A stretch of DNA of 64,000 nt, taken from positions 420,095-484,094 of the forward strand of contig CAYVOI010000001.1 of the NCBI GenBank assembly GCA_964453605.1. The letters run 5' to 3'. A program made the translations under genes and the position numbers. This DNA is from an uncultured Gammaproteobacteria bacterium. GTDB lineage: Bacteria > Patescibacteriota > Patescibacteriia > Veblenbacterales > UBA10138. Of the stretch, positions 8,876 to 17,385 are shown piece by piece. How positions within the stretch are numbered: the stretch's first letter is position 1; each line of letters begins with the position of its first letter. The notes below the pieces were generated by a model, which saw nothing but the letters and a program-made list of their open reading frames with translations, was not told the origin of the DNA and did not search any database.

Positions 8876-8960
8876 TTCGACATAGGGCTACCACTTCAGT
8901 AGTTTTCTTCTGCGGGGTCACGGTGACCCCCTGGGCGGACAAATCCCGATAGTGGTACCA
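8876..8960 (+). repeat. Two degenerate copies of the tRNA-Glu 3' end (att-like remnants)
   Basis: TTCGA-CATAGGGCTACCA (8876-8893) and AAATCCCGATAGTGGTACCA (8941-8960; 14/20 match to tRNA 3183-3202 GAATCCCCATGAGGCTACCA). Confidence 0.55.
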
Positions 8961-9090
8961 AAAGGGATAAAATTCAAACTACTCTATATTAGGGTAGTTT
9001 TTATGCTTGACACGGTTAGCATGATAGCTTAAGATTGGGCTGATTAAAAACGTCGTTCCTTTCCATCAACTATTATAGAGGAGTTTAATT

Positions 9091-9264
9091 ATGGACAAAC
9101 TAGATCTCTCGGCAGAGGGTAGAAAAATTTTTGAAGATGCCCTGAACGAGGCGTACGAGGCCGGGTTTCAAAACGCCACGTTCACCATGGGTTCGGTTCA
9201 TGAACTCGCAACCTCACAGGAAGATGAGGTAAAAAAAATCGTTGATGAATTCGTCAGTATATAA
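9091..9264 (+). CDS. 57-aa acidic hypothetical protein (not in the ORF track)
   Basis: MDKLDLSAEG...DEFVSI*; SD AGAGGAG; promoter TTGACA(9007)-17-TAAGAT(9030). Confidence 0.6.
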   Translation: MDKLDLSAEGRKIFEDALNEAYEAGFQNATFTMGSVHELATSQEDEVKKIVDEFVSI

Positions 9265-9289
9265 CCAACGTCATTTCTGGAGAAGGCTC

Positions 9290-9505
9290 ATGGATATCCC
9301 TAAGGACAAAAGTTACCCAGCTGATTCGGTGCAGTGCAACGGCTGTGGTGGGCATGGTTGCACCACCTGCAACAACAAGGGCTGGCTTACACCCAGCAAC
9401 CATCCAAAGGGCCGTAGGTGCGAACGGGAAGGTTGTGGCAACCCAATTCCACCAAGCCAGGTAGCGATCTACTGCACTAACGAGTGCGCAGCGTTGGACG
9501 CCTGA
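9290..9505 (+). CDS. Small Cys-rich (zinc-finger-like) protein
   Basis: Start moved to the ATG at 9290 after GGAGAAGG; CNGCGGHGCTTC...CEREGC...YCTNEC. Confidence 0.65.
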   Translation: MDIPKDKSYPADSVQCNGCGGHGCTTCNNKGWLTPSNHPKGRRCEREGCGNPIPPSQVAIYCTNECAALDA

Positions 9506-9510
9506 ACACA

Positions 9511-9556
9511 ACCCTCTTCTTCTACCAAAATGGTAGGGGAAGAGGGTATTTATTTT
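9511..9556 (+). terminator. Intrinsic terminator
   Basis: ACCCTCTTCTTCTACCA/TGGTAGGGGAAGAGGGT hairpin followed by a T-rich tail. Confidence 0.7.
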
Positions 9557-9637
9557 GGCTGGTAGCTTACGCGGTAGATAGGGCCAGCTTTGTCGTCCGA
9601 AATGTAGATAGCACCGCCGGGCTCAGCACGTATAGCA

Positions 9638-9668
9638 CACAGCGGCCACCTGGGTGGTGGCCGCTGTG
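9638..9668. terminator. Terminator-like hairpin
   Basis: CACAGCGGCCACC/GGTGGCCGCTGTG, just downstream of the 9683-11677 gene. Confidence 0.6.
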
Positions 9669-9682
9669 AGTTGTTGGGCTAA

Positions 9683-11677
9683 CTAGTCGTCGTGCTTGCC
9701 GTTGCCCTTACCTTCTGACTTGTCGTGGTTCCCCTGGCTGTCTTGGTTACTGAGGCCCTGGGTACCAGACTTGCCATGTTCGTTATCGTTTTCACCCTGG
9801 CCCTGTCCGTTCTCTGACTTGTGCCCCTGCGGTTTAGCTGAAACCGTTAAGCCAGTGAGCGATTGCAAGCTGATGATGTTCTTGAACTTTTTACCCTTGG
9901 CGTGCCCGACTGCCCTGCCCTTAAACACCTTGAGGTTACAGTTAGCAGCGAGGTACACCGTGGTAGAGCCAGTTACCTGGTACAGGCGACCGTTGATAAG
10001 GCCGTTGGCACACACCTTACCCTGACGGTTCTCGTTCTCGCCTGAGAAGCTACCGGTTATCGCATGGCTGCCGGTGGCGTTGTTACCAGCTGCATCTTTA
10101 ATGACTGAGCCAGCCATAGTTACCGTGTCACCAACTGTTACCGTAGGCAGGGAAGTGCCGGCTGACAGGGTAATGGTGAGCATGGTGCCGCCGAGGTCCC
10201 AGGCCGCGCTGCCAATGTGTCCAGCGCCATCGAGCCAGCTGTGGCTGTTATTTAGCATGAGAGTTGAGTTGATGTTACTGTCCGTAATAGTGGGCTTGTT
10301 GGTAGCCTCACCAAAGGTGAGCACCACGCTGTCACCAGCTTCTGTAGCGTTCGTGCCGCCAGTGTTCTGGGCTACTGCGCTTGTAAGCACCGGGCCAGTA
10401 GTGTCAGTGGTAGTGAAGGTGCCGGTGATAGCGCTGCTGCCTGTGGCGCTGTTGCCACTCGCATCCTGCACCACTGAACCAGCCATAGTTACGGTGTCAC
10501 CCACAGCTACGGTAGGAACAGAGGTTGCACCGCTCAGTGTGATGGTAATGATAGTGCCAGCCGCATTCCATACCGCTGAACCAATATGGCCAGCCCCATC
10601 GAGCCAGCTGTGGCTGTTGTTCAAGGTGAAGGTAGTGTTGATGTTGCTGTCGGTAATAGCAGGCTTGTTGGTAGCCTCGTTAAACGTTACTGCTACGCTG
10701 TCGCCCGCTTCCTTGGCAATGGTACCGCCAGTGTTAGCTGCTACCGCGCTCGTGAGCACTGGGCCGGTGACATCACTGGTGAAGCTGCCGGTGATAGCCA
10801 TGCTGCCGCTAGCGCTGTTACCAGAGCCGTCGGTAATAACGCTGCCCATAACCGTTACGGTGTCGCCGGGCTCCACCGTAGGTAGGCTACCGTTGCCGCT
10901 TAGCGTGATGGTGTAAGCAGTACCAGCGGCGTTCCAGCTCGCTGACATGAGCACACCCAAGCCGTCGAGGAACGAGTGTCCGCTGGAGAGACCAAACACA
11001 CTCGGCAGGCTTCCAACTGTTATGACTGGTTTGTTGGTAGCTTCATTGAACGTCAACACCACGCTGTCACCAGCTTCCTTAGCACTGGTGCCGCCAGTGT
11101 TCATGGCTACAGCGCTCGTAAGGTGTGGGCCAGTAGTGTCGGCCGTGATCATGGCTGTGGTAACCGCCGTAGTGGTTGGAGAGTTGGCAGAGGTGACAAT
11201 GGCGTCGGTGGCGAGCTGGGCCGTGAAACCGTCAGCCGTGGCAGTGTCGCTCCAGGTTGAGCCGGTGGCCACCGTCACAAAGAACGTGGCACCAGTACCA
11301 ATGGTGTTGTTGCTGCCCGTGGTAATAGTCGTAGCTGAATCGACGTTCACCGTGCTCTGCGAACCAGCCAGCAAGTCTGAGCCGGCGTTAAAGCTGCCAT
11401 CGCCGTTGTCTTTATATACGGCGACCGAGGCGAGGTCAGAGCCTGCCAGCGTACTGCCGCTCACCTTGGTGAGGGTGACGTTGACACTAGAGAGCGTTTC
11501 ACCAGCGTCTTGTCCCAAAGAAAACTTAAACAGCGCCAGAGGAGCACTTGAGGCGGGTGCGACCTGTGGCGAGGTAACCAGGGAAACTGGTCCGGTGGTA
11601 ACCGTGACCGTGGCGTTGGCTACTGGCACAAACAGCGCCAGCTGCAACAGCGCCACCAGAGATGAAAATTTCTTCAT
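9683..11677 (-). CDS. Secreted Thr/Ser/Gly-rich surface protein with three tandem Ig-like repeats
   Basis: Signal peptide MKKFSSLVALLQLALFVPVANA; repeats start DxTGPxLTSAVAxNTGG; G/H/K/N-rich tail. Confidence 0.85.
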   Translation of the reverse strand: MKKFSSLVALLQLALFVPVANATVTVTTGPVSLVTSPQVAPASSAPLALFKFSLGQDAGETLSSVNVTLTKVSGSTLAGSDLASVAVYKDNGDGSFNAGSDLLAGSQSTVNVDSATTITTGSNNTIGTGATFFVTVATGSTWSDTATADGFTAQLATDAIVTSANSPTTTAVTTAMITADTTGPHLTSAVAMNTGGTSAKEAGDSVVLTFNEATNKPVITVGSLPSVFGLSSGHSFLDGLGVLMSASWNAAGTAYTITLSGNGSLPTVEPGDTVTVMGSVITDGSGNSASGSMAITGSFTSDVTGPVLTSAVAANTGGTIAKEAGDSVAVTFNEATNKPAITDSNINTTFTLNNSHSWLDGAGHIGSAVWNAAGTIITITLSGATSVPTVAVGDTVTMAGSVVQDASGNSATGSSAITGTFTTTDTTGPVLTSAVAQNTGGTNATEAGDSVVLTFGEATNKPTITDSNINSTLMLNNSHSWLDGAGHIGSAAWDLGGTMLTITLSAGTSLPTVTVGDTVTMAGSVIKDAAGNNATGSHAITGSFSGENENRQGKVCANGLINGRLYQVTGSTTVYLAANCNLKVFKGRAVGHAKGKKFKNIISLQSLTGLTVSAKPQGHKSENGQGQGENDNEHGKSGTQGLSNQDSQGNHDKSEGKGNGKHDD
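10040..11140 (-). repeat. Three intragenic tandem repeats of about 366-369 bp
   Basis: Repeat starts at 11140, 10774 and 10405 (122-123 aa period). Confidence 0.85.
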
Positions 11678-11772
11678 ACAAGCATGGGTTAATAGTTATA
11701 CTTAGATATACCCAGGCGTACCCGGGTACACACCTAATATATACGTATAATTTTAGGGTTTGTTTCGCTGTT

Positions 11773-11815
11773 ACCTAAGAAAACCCCTCGTAATTTTACG
11801 CAGGTTTTCTTAGGT
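11773..11815. terminator. Terminator-like hairpin downstream of the S41 peptidase gene
   Basis: ACCTAAGAAAACC/GGTTTTCTTAGGT. Confidence 0.65.
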
Positions 11816-11821
11816 TTGGTG

Positions 11822-13270
11822 TTACTTTTTAATGGCTGGAGGTGCAGGTAGTTTACCTATTAGCTCGCGCACTGCTGCCACAAAATCCGGGAAGTTGTAG
11901 TAGCTCAAGAGCTCGCTTGGCCAGTTCTTGTCCGTGAGCTTAACCTGCGGCTCGACACCGCGGCCTTCGATAGCTTGGCCGTCGTTCCTGACGGTCACGC
12001 TGTGCACCAAGAGCATGGAGTAGGTTTGTGTAGGGTCAATAACTGTTTGGAGAGGTACCACGCTTTCCACCGTACCCCAGCCTTTTGATTTCGTACCAAC
12101 CAGCACGCCAATGTGGTACTTCTTTAACGTATCAGCAATAACCTCGGCTGAGGACTGCGTGTTCTCATCGATTAACACCACTACCTGTTTGAACCGACTG
12201 AGGCTCGGGAGCCAGGCAACTTTGGTTTTGTACGGTGTGGTGTCACCCTGGTGGTAGAATTCGTAGGCGTAGGCGTCGGGACCTAAGAAGAGCCCGAGGA
12301 AGTAGGGGAGTATGTCGATATCACCGCCGATGTTGCCGCGGATATCTAGTACCAGGTACGTAAGCTCCGCGTGTTTAGCAAAACTGTCTGCTACCTGTGC
12401 TAGCTCTTGCACGGTAGGTGGGGAGATGCGCGTGATTTTGAGAGCAAGCGTTTTTCTCTGTACGATGTGCCCTGTCACCGTTGGCTCCACGCCGCTCTTG
12501 TCGTACTGCGTTCTAGCTTGAGCAGTACCCACCGCGCTGTAGGCACGCCCTACCTGGGCCAACTTGTCGGCGGCATCAGTAGCCTTGCTCTGTTTTAGCT
12601 CGCTTGATCTCTGCTCAAACGCTTTAGTGATTTCAGCCGAGGTAGCAGTTTTACTCACGCCTAAGGTGTGGTAGAGGTCGGTGGTAGGGTCAGTGTTGTT
12701 GACCTCGTTCTGGAGCGCTTGCTCGTTCTTGGTGCTGTAGAGGCGGCTCCGGCTGAACGGGTTTAGGTTGGCCAGCACAACGTCGCCTAAGCTTACCGCC
12801 AGAGTTTTTTGTTCAGCCTCACTCATAGGCTGCATGGTTTTGGTGAGCAATGCCTCAAGCCCAACCCTTGTTGGTGGGTTGAGTTCCACCGTACTATTCG
12901 TAAGTTTTGCCAAGCCCCGCTGGTAGATACCGCCTAAGGTGGCTTCATCTATTTTGTCCCAGTAGCGCTGTTTAACCTGGTCAAAAATTTCTAGCAAGAA
13001 ATCAACTCGGCTGTTGCCGGTCGCAGCTGGCGTAGTCGGTTGTGCCGTAGCCGGTTTAGTAGGTTGCTCGTGCGGGAGGTAGTAGGCAGCCGCGGCACCA
13101 CCGGCTAATAGGACCCCGAGGACGATTACGTACCTCAGGCGCCACCGTTTTTTGGGTTCAACTGGAGTCGACCAGAGCACGTGCGGTGGTGTATGTGTAG
13201 CTTCACGCGACGGGGCAGTTGTTTTTCCTGGGTTCAAGAAGTTTGGGCTGTGGCCATTTGTGTATTCCAT
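11822..13270 (-). CDS. Membrane-anchored S41-family peptidase with an inserted J-domain-like segment
   Basis: LVLDIRGNIGG, VLIDENTQSSAE, IEGRGVEPQV; N-terminal TM helix; DLYHTLGVSKTATSAEITKAF...ARTQYD. Start set at MEYTNG because TGcTATACT lies just upstream. Confidence 0.8.
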   Translation of the reverse strand: MEYTNGHSPNFLNPGKTTAPSREATHTPPHVLWSTPVEPKKRWRLRYVIVLGVLLAGGAAAAYYLPHEQPTKPATAQPTTPAATGNSRVDFLLEIFDQVKQRYWDKIDEATLGGIYQRGLAKLTNSTVELNPPTRVGLEALLTKTMQPMSEAEQKTLAVSLGDVVLANLNPFSRSRLYSTKNEQALQNEVNNTDPTTDLYHTLGVSKTATSAEITKAFEQRSSELKQSKATDAADKLAQVGRAYSAVGTAQARTQYDKSGVEPTVTGHIVQRKTLALKITRISPPTVQELAQVADSFAKHAELTYLVLDIRGNIGGDIDILPYFLGLFLGPDAYAYEFYHQGDTTPYKTKVAWLPSLSRFKQVVVLIDENTQSSAEVIADTLKKYHIGVLVGTKSKGWGTVESVVPLQTVIDPTQTYSMLLVHSVTVRNDGQAIEGRGVEPQVKLTDKNWPSELLSYYNFPDFVAAVRELIGKLPAPPAIKK

Positions 13271-13359
13271 GGTAGGTATATAGTATAGCATTTCTGCTGC
13301 CACGTCCTGCGTACGTTTTCTGCTAGAAGCCTCAAGGGGCCCTGTGCTAGAATGTATCT

Positions 13360-13803
13360 ATGAATAAATATCTTGGTTTATGGCTCGGTGGATTGTTCGT
13401 CATAGCCGTGGTAGCAGGAGTAGTGTGGTACACTTTGCCGCGTACCGTGGTAGCACCACCTGTATCTACCAACCAGCCACCACCAAGTGAGGTGCAGGTG
13501 TTTGAGCCTACGGCTAACGCCGTAGTTGTGAGCCCGCTGGCGGTTTACGGCCGCGCGCCCGGAAATTGGTTCTTTGAAGCGTCGCTCCCGGTGGTCCTGA
13601 CTGACGAAACCGGTAAGGAGCTCGCGCACCAGCCAGCTCAGGCCCAGAGCGACTGGATGGTGACCACACCAGTTGAGTTTCGCACCAGCTTGACCTTTAC
13701 ACCGCCTGCCAGTGGCACCGGGTACCTGGTAGTGAAGAACGACAACCCATCAGGTTTGCCACAGCTTGATAAGAGCTACCAGGTTAAGGTTCGCTTCAAA
13801 TGA
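13360..13803 (+). CDS. Membrane-anchored Gmad2-type Ig-like domain protein
   Basis: N-terminal TM helix; GRAPGNWFFEASLPV...WMVTTPVEF...KNDNPSGLP. Confidence 0.75.
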   Translation: MNKYLGLWLGGLFVIAVVAGVVWYTLPRTVVAPPVSTNQPPPSEVQVFEPTANAVVVSPLAVYGRAPGNWFFEASLPVVLTDETGKELAHQPAQAQSDWMVTTPVEFRTSLTFTPPASGTGYLVVKNDNPSGLPQLDKSYQVKVRFK

Positions 13804-14936
13804 TACACTTTAAAGTTCTGAAGCAGTCGCGCCGGAGCCGCGCGCGACTGGGGCTTTTAGAAACTCCGCACGGTGTAGTGGAGACACCGTGCTTGGTGCC
13901 GGTGGCTACCCAGGCGGTGGTTAAGACCTTAACTTCCGAGCAAGTAGCAGCGACCGGAGCCAAGCTCCTCATTGCTAACACCTTTCACCTGCACCTTCGC
14001 CCAGGTGAGCGGGTAGTGAAAGCTGCCGGAGGCTTACACACGTTTGCTAACTGGCCGCACTCGTTCATGACCGACTCTGGGGGCTTTCAGGTGTTCTCCC
14101 TCGGGTTCGGGCGCGATTTCAACCACAGCAAAATAACCCGGGAACCTGCTCGCCCAAGCATACGGCACGGGCAGCAACCCAAGCTCATAAAGATTACTGA
14201 GCGTGGGGTGTGGTTTACCTCACCAATCGACGGGCGTAAGTTGTTCCTAGGGCCTAAGGAATCCATTCGTATCCAAGAAGCCTTGGGCGCTGACATCATA
14301 TTTGCTTTTGACGAATGCACTTCACCACTCGCCAACCAAACCTACACCGCCAACTCGCTCACACGTACGCACACCTGGGCTAAGGAGTGTTTAAGGCTTA
14401 AGCGGACCCGCCAAGCGCTCTACGGCATTGTACAGGGCGGGAAGTTTAAGTCGCTCCGCATTGAGAGTGCGCGGACTTTAGGCTCGCTGCCCTTTGACGG
14501 CTACGGCATTGGTGGTGAATTTGGTAGCGATAAAAAAATTATGGCGAACATGATAGGCTGGGTCAACGCCGAACTGCCTCCGGAGAGACCTCGGCACCTT
14601 CTCGGAATTGGTTTTCCTGAAGATATTGCACCTATTATCAAAGCCGGGGTGGATACGTTTGACTGCATTGTGCCCACCAACCAAGCGCGCCATGGTATGG
14701 CTTTCACCAGCACCGGCAAACTTGACTTGGCACAAACCCGGTACCTTACAGACAAAGCGCCGCTCGACCGTACCTGCACCTGCTTAACCTGCCAGGGGTA
14801 CGAGCGCAGGTACATTGCGCACCTGGTTCGCGCGCACGAGGTTACTGCCATGTCGCTCCTCACCCAGCACAACCTCACCTGGTTTACCACCTACGTGAGA
14901 GAGCTGCGCCAGAAGATTAAACAAGGAAAACTGTGA
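13800..14936 (+). CDS. tgt: tRNA-guanine transglycosylase
   Basis: ANTFHL, MTDSGGFQVFSL, FDEC, GIVQGG, RHLLGIG, DTFDC, CTCLTC zinc site. Confidence 0.95.
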   Translation: MIHFKVLKQSRRSRARLGLLETPHGVVETPCLVPVATQAVVKTLTSEQVAATGAKLLIANTFHLHLRPGERVVKAAGGLHTFANWPHSFMTDSGGFQVFSLGFGRDFNHSKITREPARPSIRHGQQPKLIKITERGVWFTSPIDGRKLFLGPKESIRIQEALGADIIFAFDECTSPLANQTYTANSLTRTHTWAKECLRLKRTRQALYGIVQGGKFKSLRIESARTLGSLPFDGYGIGGEFGSDKKIMANMIGWVNAELPPERPRHLLGIGFPEDIAPIIKAGVDTFDCIVPTNQARHGMAFTSTGKLDLAQTRYLTDKAPLDRTCTCLTCQGYERRYIAHLVRAHEVTAMSLLTQHNLTWFTTYVRELRQKIKQGKL

Positions 14937-15973
14937 GCCGTACGTTCAAGCACCTACTTGCCAGCTACGACTATCCGGTAAACCCGAAGCTCATTGCCCA
15001 GGTGCCACCTCGCCCACGGGACAGCGCTCGGCTTTTGGTATACAACCGTGCCAGTGGCCAGGTGCACCACGACCGCTTTACCAATCTCCATAAGTACCTG
15101 CCACCGCGGGCGGTGCTCGTCTTTAACCAGACCAAGGTACTACCAGCGAGACTTGCCGTGCAGAAACCAAGTGGCGGCCAGGTTAAGCTGCTCTACCTGG
15201 GCAGCCGCGGCAAACAGGTCGAGGTACTAGCTGAGAAAAGGCTAGAGCAGGGGAGTGAGCTGACTTTGCAAGGTCGTTACCATTTTACCGTTACCCGCGT
15301 AGCTGGTAATCACTACTGGTTGAAACCGAAATTCGCTTCGCCGGCATTTTTAAGTTTGTTAGCTCGTTACGGCGAAACACCACTCCCGCCGTACCTCAAG
15401 CACTCGCCCCTGAGCGAAGCCCGCCGCAGGGCAGAGTACCAAACCATATTCGCCAAGCAGTCTGGTTCAGTGGCCGCACCAACGGCAGCCCTTCACTTCA
15501 CCAAACGTTTACTCCAAAAACTCAAGGCCGGGGGTTTTGGTGTAGAATTTGTGACGCTTCATGTTTCTCTTGGTACCTTTGCGCCGCTCACGGAAAGCCA
15601 GGTACGCAGGGGCAAGCTTCACGCTGAGTACTATGAGGTAAGCCAGAGTACAGCACGGGCACTTACACAAGCCAAAGCACAAGGCAGGCCGATTATCGCC
15701 GTGGGTACCACTGTTGTGCGTACCTTAGAGTCCGCTGCTACACCACAGGGTCACCTTACCAAGCGTACCGGAGCAACACAGTTGTTCATCAGCCCCGGCT
15801 ACCGTTTTAAGTTTATCAGCGGGCTCATTACCAACTTCCACGTGCCGCGTTCAAGCCTCCTCATGTTGGTAGCAGCACTTACCACCCGCCTCAAGCTCTT
15901 AAAGCTCTACGCCCTGGCCCAACGCCACAAGTACAGACTATTTTCATTTGGCGATGGCATGCTTATTACCTAA
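14933..15973 (+). CDS. queA: S-adenosylmethionine:tRNA ribosyltransferase-isomerase
   Basis: LIAQVP, PLPPY, YQTIFA, GSVAAPTAALHFT, TNFHVPRSSL, YRLFSFGDGM. Confidence 0.95.
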   Translation: MSRTFKHLLASYDYPVNPKLIAQVPPRPRDSARLLVYNRASGQVHHDRFTNLHKYLPPRAVLVFNQTKVLPARLAVQKPSGGQVKLLYLGSRGKQVEVLAEKRLEQGSELTLQGRYHFTVTRVAGNHYWLKPKFASPAFLSLLARYGETPLPPYLKHSPLSEARRRAEYQTIFAKQSGSVAAPTAALHFTKRLLQKLKAGGFGVEFVTLHVSLGTFAPLTESQVRRGKLHAEYYEVSQSTARALTQAKAQGRPIIAVGTTVVRTLESAATPQGHLTKRTGATQLFISPGYRFKFISGLITNFHVPRSSLLMLVAALTTRLKLLKLYALAQRHKYRLFSFGDGMLIT

Positions 15974-15978
15974 GCTTT

Positions 15979-16248
15979 ATGCGTAAACACCTCAACATCA
16001 GGGTCTACGGTGTAGTGCAGGGTACAGGCTACCGTGCTAGTGCACGAGAGCGTGCACGACACTTAAAGCTTACAGGTTTTGTGCGCAACGAGCCTGATGG
16101 TTCAGTCTACCTTGAGGTCGAGGGGAGCGAGGCGGACCTGGCCAAGTTTCAAAAGTGGTGTAGCAAGGGCCCATGGTTTGCGCGGGTGACGAAGTTGGAG
16201 GCAGAGCCTGGTGAACTTCAGCACTACGTAGGGTTTACCGTAGCCTAG
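15979..16248 (+). CDS. acyP: Acylphosphatase
   Basis: VYGVVQGTGYR...GFVRNEPDGSVYLEVEG. Confidence 0.92.
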   Translation: MRKHLNIRVYGVVQGTGYRASARERARHLKLTGFVRNEPDGSVYLEVEGSEADLAKFQKWCSKGPWFARVTKLEAEPGELQHYVGFTVA

Positions 16249-16330
16249 GGGTTCACTGCAGGTTCATATCATAGGTGGAACATTCTGTTAGCCTAAGCGT
16301 TATAGTTTAGGCGAAGGGAGGTGAACACCT

Positions 16331-16617
16331 ATGCATGCATCAACAAGAATGAACTTGGCGGTGGCAGTTGTAGCGGTGGGGTTGGTTTTGGCGGGCACTG
16401 TGTTCGCAGCCAATCCGTCGGGAACGGGCCAGCCAAGCCAAGCGTGTGGTGCGGAAGGGCCACTATGAGCCCACCAGGTTTTAGTACTGATGGTTTTGCC
16501 AATGCTGAAACACATTACGCGGGGAGCGGCGGTACGGCTTCCGCACAACATGCCCACAGCACTCACGCTGTGTCACAGTACGACGTAGCCTGTTTCCAGT
16601 ACACCTCGAACCACTAG
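16331..16617 (+). pseudogene. Frameshifted small secreted protein
   Basis: SD GGGAGGTG precedes a signal-peptide ORF from 16331 that stops at 16468. The protein-like C-terminus (ATMSPPGFSTDGFANAETHYAGS...SQYDVACFQ) continues in the -1 frame; one extra G at GGG 16457-16459 would fuse them. Confidence 0.6.
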
Positions 16618-16639
16618 TACTGGTGAGGCAAGTTAAACA

Positions 16640-16670
16640 AACAAGCACCGCCGAAACAGCGGTGCTTGTT
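16640..16670. terminator. Bidirectional terminator between convergent genes
   Basis: AACAAGCACCGC/GCGGTGCTTGTT. Confidence 0.75.
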
Positions 16671-16681
16671 GCTAGTACGTT

Positions 16682-17275
16682 CTAGTGGAGTATGTAGTTA
16701 AGCTTAGTTTGCCAGCTGCTTACCGCTGGTCCGCTGCAGCTTTCAGGGTCCGGTGTGGTGTTGGCTTTTTCAGCTGAGCTGCTGATACTCTTGGCTTGGG
16801 TTTGGAGCTTAGCTTTATCACTAGTCCCGTAACTTACGAGTAGCTTATCTAAGCTTTTGATAACAACACCGGCCGGGTTATCCATTGTCTGACCGTTCAA
16901 GATGTAGGTGAGTTTGTGGTTTGCGTCGCTCAGGTAGAGTTTGCTGCGGGTTTGTAGGTAGTTCGGGCCAATGCCCCAGCCCAGGTTTTGGAAAAACTCC
17001 CCCCAAGTTACAGCTGGCGCCTCCACGTGGATCAGGTCATTCACCTTATCGTGCATATGGGCGCGAGCCAAAGGGGTGTTAGCTTTGTCAGCACTACAAC
17101 CAGCCTCTTCTTCGTAGTAGGTGTCAGCGGCAAAAGGCTCACGGTTGCCGTTGATGTAGACCGCGAAGTTAGCGTGGTAGTGCACGGCCGTACTGTGGTA
17201 GGCAGCCAGTCGCCAGGCGGCCAGTGCACCAGCGCCAACGAGCGCGCCAAGTATAAGTAGGGATAGTGTTTTCAT
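16682..17275 (-). CDS. Exported/membrane-anchored hypothetical protein with His motifs (possible metal binding)
   Basis: HYHANFAVYING, AHMHD, IHVEA; start at MKTLSLL (TATACT 6 nt upstream). Confidence 0.75.
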   Translation of the reverse strand: MKTLSLLILGALVGAGALAAWRLAAYHSTAVHYHANFAVYINGNREPFAADTYYEEEAGCSADKANTPLARAHMHDKVNDLIHVEAPAVTWGEFFQNLGWGIGPNYLQTRSKLYLSDANHKLTYILNGQTMDNPAGVVIKSLDKLLVSYGTSDKAKLQTQAKSISSSAEKANTTPDPESCSGPAVSSWQTKLNYILH

Positions 17276-17321
17276 GACCTTAGTATACACGATTCAGCTT
17301 GTGGGGGATAGGCTGGTCCCA

Positions 17322-17380
17322 TTGACACTTTGCTGTGCTAGTGTTAGTATAGGTATGTAATTTCATACTTTTCATATTCT
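17322..17380 (+). promoter_or_regulatory. Promoter and putative operator of the AbrB/ABC exporter operon
   Basis: TTGACA-17-TAGTAT, then inverted repeat GTATG/CATAC and direct repeats TTCATA(C/T)T. Confidence 0.55.
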
Positions 17381-17385
17381 ATACT

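Larger units (their letters stand above)
3203..8893. mobile_element. AT-rich integrative island at tRNA-Glu (serine-recombinase element); right boundary approximate (8893 or 8960)
   Basis: The recombinase overlaps the tRNA 3' half, GC content drops sharply, and degenerate copies of the tRNA 3' end lie at 8876-8893 and 8941-8960. Confidence 0.8.

Noticed and set aside
8901-8960. Second intact tRNA at the island right end
   Set aside because: Only a 3'-end-like segment and one hairpin are present; no cloverleaf can be built.
9696-11705. Long + strand ORFs (9696-10025, 10074-10916, 10947-11705)
   Set aside because: Antisense shadows of the repetitive surface-protein gene, which has the signal peptide and coherent repeats.
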